64,000 nt of DNA from Eledone cirrhosa (taxonomy: Eukaryota), in NCBI GenBank assembly GCA_964016885.1, contig OZ024748.1:4340001-4404000 (forward strand). The letters are read 5' to 3'. Within the stretch, counting starts at the first letter, position 1, and every line of letters starts with the position of its first letter. A program made the position numbers and the translations under genes. Under the pieces are notes generated by a model. The model had not been told where the DNA came from and searched no databases. It worked only from the letters and a program-made list of their open reading frames with translations. Positions 58,240-64,000 of this stretch are shown here, piece by piece.

Positions 58240-58373
58240 AGTCCAGAAATAGCCGTCGTAACGGCTCGAGCTCTGCCGTTGGGGTCTTGAACCCTACCAT
58301 TAATTAGTGGATTTATCTGTGTGTATATATATATACACACAGATAAATCCACCAATTAATGATAGGGTCCAAG
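58240..58373 (+). mobile_element. Family C head followed by an 88-bp palindrome (58286-58373) centred on (TA)n
   Basis: gtccagaaatagccgtcgtaacggctcgagctctgcc, then cttgaaccctaccattaatt...aattaatgatagggtccaag. Confidence 0.7.
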
Positions 58374-59408
58374 CCGTATGAAGAACTCAATGTAATCCGT
58401 ATGTAGAAGATGTCGTGAAGCAAAGTTTAAAATACAAAATTTCAATGATATAATTCATTGGAAGCAGAGTCAAAATAATACAAATAGTAAAAACAATGAA
58501 ATTAAACAAAATACGGGTAATTCATATTAAAACTCATTATTTTACGATCGTTTCTTTGGGGGGAGGGGGGGGGGGTAGTTCTCCGTATGTTCATTCTATT
58601 AGTGATCTATGTAAAATATATTACAAATTATCAAAGTAAGAAAATATACGTCTTCCCTACCCGCCGTCTTCAGAAATAGTGAGTTTTGTTTATTGAAGAA
58701 TATAAAAACATGTATGAATAAGTAACCTTTTAAGAACAAGGTTGAGATTGACCAATAGTAAAAATAGGTAGGGGCAATATAGATCATTAAGCTGGTAGTA
58801 GTAGATGAATAAATTAGCAGTCAGGGGATGAGGTATCGAATGACCTTTAAGAAAAGATAAGAAAGTTGCGAGTGTAAAGGAATTTAGACATATTGTATAG
58901 AAAAGTGTGGACGGTCAAGGAAGATTAAAGTTGGAGGAAAAGGGGTGCAGATATCAGTGTGTTATATCTAGTAGAATAGTATAGAACAATCCTAAATATT
59001 TGTTATTTCTTTGTTCAAGAGGAATAATTTGTTCTAAAAATAGAACAAGTAGAGGAATATAGATGGAACCAAAGAAAAGTAAAATTTAGATAAAAAAATA
59101 TATAGGTAAGAAAATAATAAAATTTGTGTAAGTATTGTATTGTGTTAGAGTGGTAGAATGAAGTTTTACCTGTAGGGAATTTTATTTTCGAATAAGAAAT
59201 TTCATTAATAATCTGGTTTTCTTAATAGGTTTAAATGCATGTCTGTTAAAGTTTTGTTAGAGTGTTGAATATAATGTAATATATAGTGCTCAGTAATAGT
59301 TAATTATTTAAAACAGTTATAGGGATGAGATATAGGATTGAATCTATGGATTAATTCTAATAGCAAAAAAAAAAATACACACACACACATATATATATAT
59401 ATGTGTGT

Positions 59409-59472
<64 letters not shown>

Positions 59473-59475
<3 letters not shown>

Positions 59476-59630
59476 AAGGCTCTGATACAATCAACACCAT
59501 AAACACAGAGCTGGCATAACTAAGAACTGTGCCTGATGAGGTCATAGCCACTCAATGGCTATCATCGAAATATATATAGCAGTAAATAAAGGATTATGAG
59601 TTCATGCAATTGACTTATGTTTCGTCACTA
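59473..59630 (+). mobile_element. PLE-like terminal repeat, family E (copy 2)
   Basis: Inverted copy of 54641-54803, between (TG)n and (TA)n. Confidence 0.8.
59530..59583 (+). ncRNA. Minimal type-I hammerhead motif with intact core
   Basis: tgc-CTGATGA(59533-59539)-ggtcatagcca ctcaa tggctatcatc-GAAA(59567-59570)-tatata-TA-gca. Stem III atatatat is palindromic. Confidence 0.8.
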
Positions 59631-59658
59631 TATATATATATACATTTTCTTTATTTGT

Positions 59659-59775
59659 TTAGTTGTATTTATAATACTTGAATGTCTTTCTAATTCTATG
59701 GTTACATGCGATAATTAATTCTTGTCTTTTATTTAATAGAGTCTTTCGATTTAGTAATTTCAAAAATTTCTTGGA
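59659..59775 (-). mobile_element. Penelope-like element ORF C-terminus (GIY-YIG region tail)
   Basis: KKFLKLLNRKTLLNKRQELIIACNHRIRKTF* resembles the LLNKRxELxxxCxH C-terminal motif of invertebrate PLE proteins. Confidence 0.65.
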
Positions 59776-60479
59776 AACATAGTCCACACTCCTTTCTATC
59801 GCCCTGATAGAAATTTTGGTGACTGGGAATTCATTGACCAACAACATTTTGGAACTGGTCAAGCCACATCAAGTCGGAATTCAGACAGGTTAATGACCAC
59901 GGAGTGTAAGGTTTCCACACCAAACTGATTAGCAATGACGATTTAATGGTAATAGAGTTGAAAATGATAGAAATAGATGGTAATTCAACACTGAGATGGC
60001 ATAATGTTCATTTAAACCATTTTACACAAACAATGAATGAATTACAAATACTTTCCAAACTGTTCGGGGATATTTCTAAAAAGAAAAGACTAACAGATAC
60101 AAAAATGCTATTCCAAGAGACAGGAAAATCCTTATGAGACGAATAACAAAGATCTCCAACCTGTTAAATACACAACAGAAGAACAAGACGGAACCCCATT
60201 TGAAACAGGTACTGCTTGAAATTGAAACTTCCCCATGTAAAGGAGAGGGCAGAGAGAGAGAGAAAGAGAGAGGGGGGGAGGGAGAGGGAGAGGGAGAGAA
60301 GGCAGGGCTATAGAAAATATGAAAAAATATGAACTTTTCCATAGAAATGGCTCACTGACCGAGAATCCGCAATGGATAAGAGGGATACTGAATGAAACGT
60401 CGTGCAAAACTGTTTTAAAATGAGGTACGTGCAAATAACAAAGCCAGAGGAATTCTTTGATGCCACATGGAGAAATGGC

Positions 60480-60680
60480 GACCATCAATAACATAGAATT
60501 AGACGTCATTAGGCACAGCAATTTAAGAATTTTAGCAGATGATTCCAAGCTCCAGAAGGCCATCAATGGGAGACCAGGTAGGCCTTCAGTCCGATTGCCT
60601 CACTGTTATCCAATAGGTGACAAAAACATTGTGCTACTAATCGAAGATAAGCTTGAAATCATCCACTTTGGACTAGAGGA
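60480..60680 (+). mobile_element. CR1/L2-like LINE RT catalytic fragment
   Basis: INNIELDVIRHSNLRILADDSKLQKAI...LQSD...KLEIIHFG, matching the FADDTK-type motif. Confidence 0.7.
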
Positions 60681-60725
<45 letters not shown>

Positions 60726-60817
60726 AGTTTATGTTGGTTGTATACCAACACCTCAGTATGCAGGCTGGAGCACTCGACGAAGTGCGCAGGTTGGTTTGGT
60801 TACTCCGGAGTAGTGTA

Positions 60818-60934
60818 AAATAAGGTTAAATAAAAGTCAAATGATTAAAATTTAGCTTCGTTTAAACGAAGCTAAACGAAGCTAAACGAAGCTAAACGAA
60901 GCTAAATTTTAATCATTTGACTTTTATTTAACTT

Positions 60935-60941
<7 letters not shown>
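60818..60941. repeat. Fold-back palindrome with a four-fold 11-bp stutter at its apex
   Basis: aaaataaggttaaataaaagtcaaatgattaaaatttagcttcgttt | (aaacgaagct..)x4 aaattttaatcatttgacttttatttaactttatttt. Confidence 0.85.
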
Positions 60942-60974
<33 letters not shown>

Positions 60975-61190
60975 TCAAAATCTTTTCCTGAGTTCAGTTT
61001 TTCGTTGCTATGGCAATGCGGCTAGACTGTCGGTCGCTATATTTGATTTGCAAAGCTGTCTAAACGTATTGTTATAACTCTGGGGTATTATTCTCCATCG
61101 AGTGCTAAGCTGCATTCCGAATCTGCATTCGTTTTGTGGCCACAGCCAAAAGCTTCGTTAATGCTGTACTAAAATATGTGTATATATATA

Positions 61191-61446
<256 letters not shown>

Positions 61447-62272
61447 AGGCTTGTTTGCATAATTGTAAACGAATCGAATGTTATTATTAATATTCGAAAA
61501 ACTCAGATTACATATATATATGTGCCCCCGCCCCCTCTCAAAAGCGTGAACCTAATAAACTACCATTGGTACTGCTTCTCTGGTTTTTGTTCCTGTCTAA
61601 TATTTAAATATATATATATATATATATATATATTAGTGATCCCCTCTGGCTTCTCAACATTCTCTACCAGATATATTGTCTCGGGATACACACACACATA
61701 CACATACACACACATATATATATATATATACAAATATACATATTCATATGCATTTATCAACGATATATACATATATATTTATCACATCCATATATATAAA
61801 TATATATGTATTTATCACATCTATAGCTATCTATATACATTAACCGCGCCTATCTATATATTTATCATATGTAACTATCATATCTATATAGAAATCTATC
61901 TATATTTTAACACACATTATATATTAACATGTTATATATTTGCATGTTCGTATACTATTTTTCCTTTTGAATTGTATCCATTTATATTCCATTTAAAATA
62001 TACTTATATAGAAACACATGTACCCCAACTAAGAGTTATGCACGTACGAGCTCTCTCTCTCTCACACACACATACATGGATATACATGATGACTCATGTA
62101 TAACTTATGAATTAATGTATATCATAATTATCAGCTTGCACGCGCAATGTTACAACAAACACACGCATTTATAGAAAGGCTTAGACACACGTATCTCATA
62201 TGCATGTATCCTTATATTAATTTTAATATATATATATACACGTATATATATATATGTATATAAATATATATA

Positions 62273-62342
<70 letters not shown>

Positions 62343-62667
62343 GCATATTGTGTATATGTATGTATATATATAAACATCTATATCTATATGTATGTTCACA
62401 TACGCATATTAAGTATATATACATACCATATATAAATCTATCTATCTCTCTCTCTATATATATACACATAGGCATATTATATATATATGTATATATATAC
62501 ATATATATATATATTATGCCTATGTGTATATATATAGATAGATAGATAGATAGATAGATTTATATATGTTATGTATATATACATAATATACGTATGTGAA
62601 TTATACGTCCATTATTACTCCCACGTGTTTTCATACGTAAAGTTTTTTAAAATTAATAATGAGATTG

Positions 62668-62702
<35 letters not shown>

Positions 62703-62830
62703 AAAAAGTTAAAAATATATATGAAAAATATATACACGAAAGAAAACTTTCATCATATATATATATACATATATATACATACACATATATATATATATAC
62801 ATATATATGATGAAAGTTTTCTTTTAAAAG

Positions 62831-63078
62831 TTATGCAAGCAGACAACAGAACTTTATCTTTCCTACCGCCACCAAACGAAGTATTTACAATAAATCGCTT
62901 CATTAATTTTTCAATAAATTTATACCTAACATTATCCGAACATCGCACTGTAGATGACTTGCGGTCTGAAGTAATTGATGCACTTGAAAGTACAATAGAA
63001 AAATCAGCTGCAAAAATTGAGTGTTTGTATACGTGCAATGCATGTTCAATAAATTATATGCGTACTCATGTTGAATAA
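62831..63078 (+). CDS. Possible coding exon or ORF of unknown product
   Basis: Non-repetitive 81-aa ORF preceded by acceptor-like ttttcttttaaaag. No family was recognised. Confidence 0.25.
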
Positions 63079-63148
63079 TGTAAATATCATGATAATTTAT
63101 GCATTGAAAAATACTTATATGCTCTTTCACTTAGCGTTTTCGCACACC

Positions 63149-63215
<67 letters not shown>

Positions 63216-63386
63216 GTATATATGGTAGTTTGTGTGTGTGTGTATATATATATACATGCATAAATATCTATAGAAATGAAATATGTATTAATCTATTTAT
63301 TAACATATGTATTAATATATTATATACATACATAAATATATATGTATATAAGAACATATAAATACACACACAAACACATATATATG

Positions 63387-63440
<54 letters not shown>

Positions 63441-63567
63441 TATATATATATATTTATATGTTTTATATATATATATTTATTTATTTATGTATATATATAT
63501 ACATATATATTATATATTTCTATAAATATTTATGCACGTATGTATATATCCATATATATATATATGA

Positions 63568-63659
<92 letters not shown>

Positions 63660-64000
63660 TCATATATATATATATATATATATACTCATATATATATTTA
63701 TATTTTTATATTTGAACAAAAATAAAAGAAAAAAACCAACAATAAATCAGATGGGAACGCGACAGTACAATGACGTTCTATATTAATTTAACGCTTGATG
63801 TAGTAGAGAAAGACTAATGACGTTTCGGACGTTAGTCCAACATCCGAAGATAGAATGAGTAATAGAAAAACTAATAGAGAGATAGACTAAAGTAAGAAGA
63901 GGACGTAACGGAGACATTTATTTTCTTGGCGGGAAAGCAGGTGCGAGTTATGTTAGTCATAGGTATGTATGCATGCATCTATGTATGTATGTAGTTAAAA

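Overview
AT-rich, extremely microsatellite-dense eukaryotic DNA. It is probably intronic or intergenic, and the SINE and RTE-tail sequences suggest octopus/cephalopod (inference). No complete protein-coding gene is supportable, and nearly all listed ORFs are artefacts of (TA)n, (CA)n, (GA)n or trinucleotide repeats. Recognisable content includes several minisatellites, a 77-bp satellite of about 54 copies running into a 200-N gap, and about 17 tRNA-derived SINE copies of two or three families. It also has decayed LINE pieces (Tx1/L1, RTE, CR1/L2-like) and a Penelope-like (PLE) endonuclease C-terminus. The main hidden structure is a set of short (150-450 bp) elements embedded in (TA)n tracts. 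These carry minimal type-I hammerhead ribozyme (HHR) motifs with palindromic stem III, and many are folded back into near-perfect palindromes. At least six distinct HHR families are present. One family has a compensatory U3-A8 core (UUGAAAA instead of CUGANGA) in three diverged copies with covarying stems, and two fold-back families have non-canonical or absent cores.
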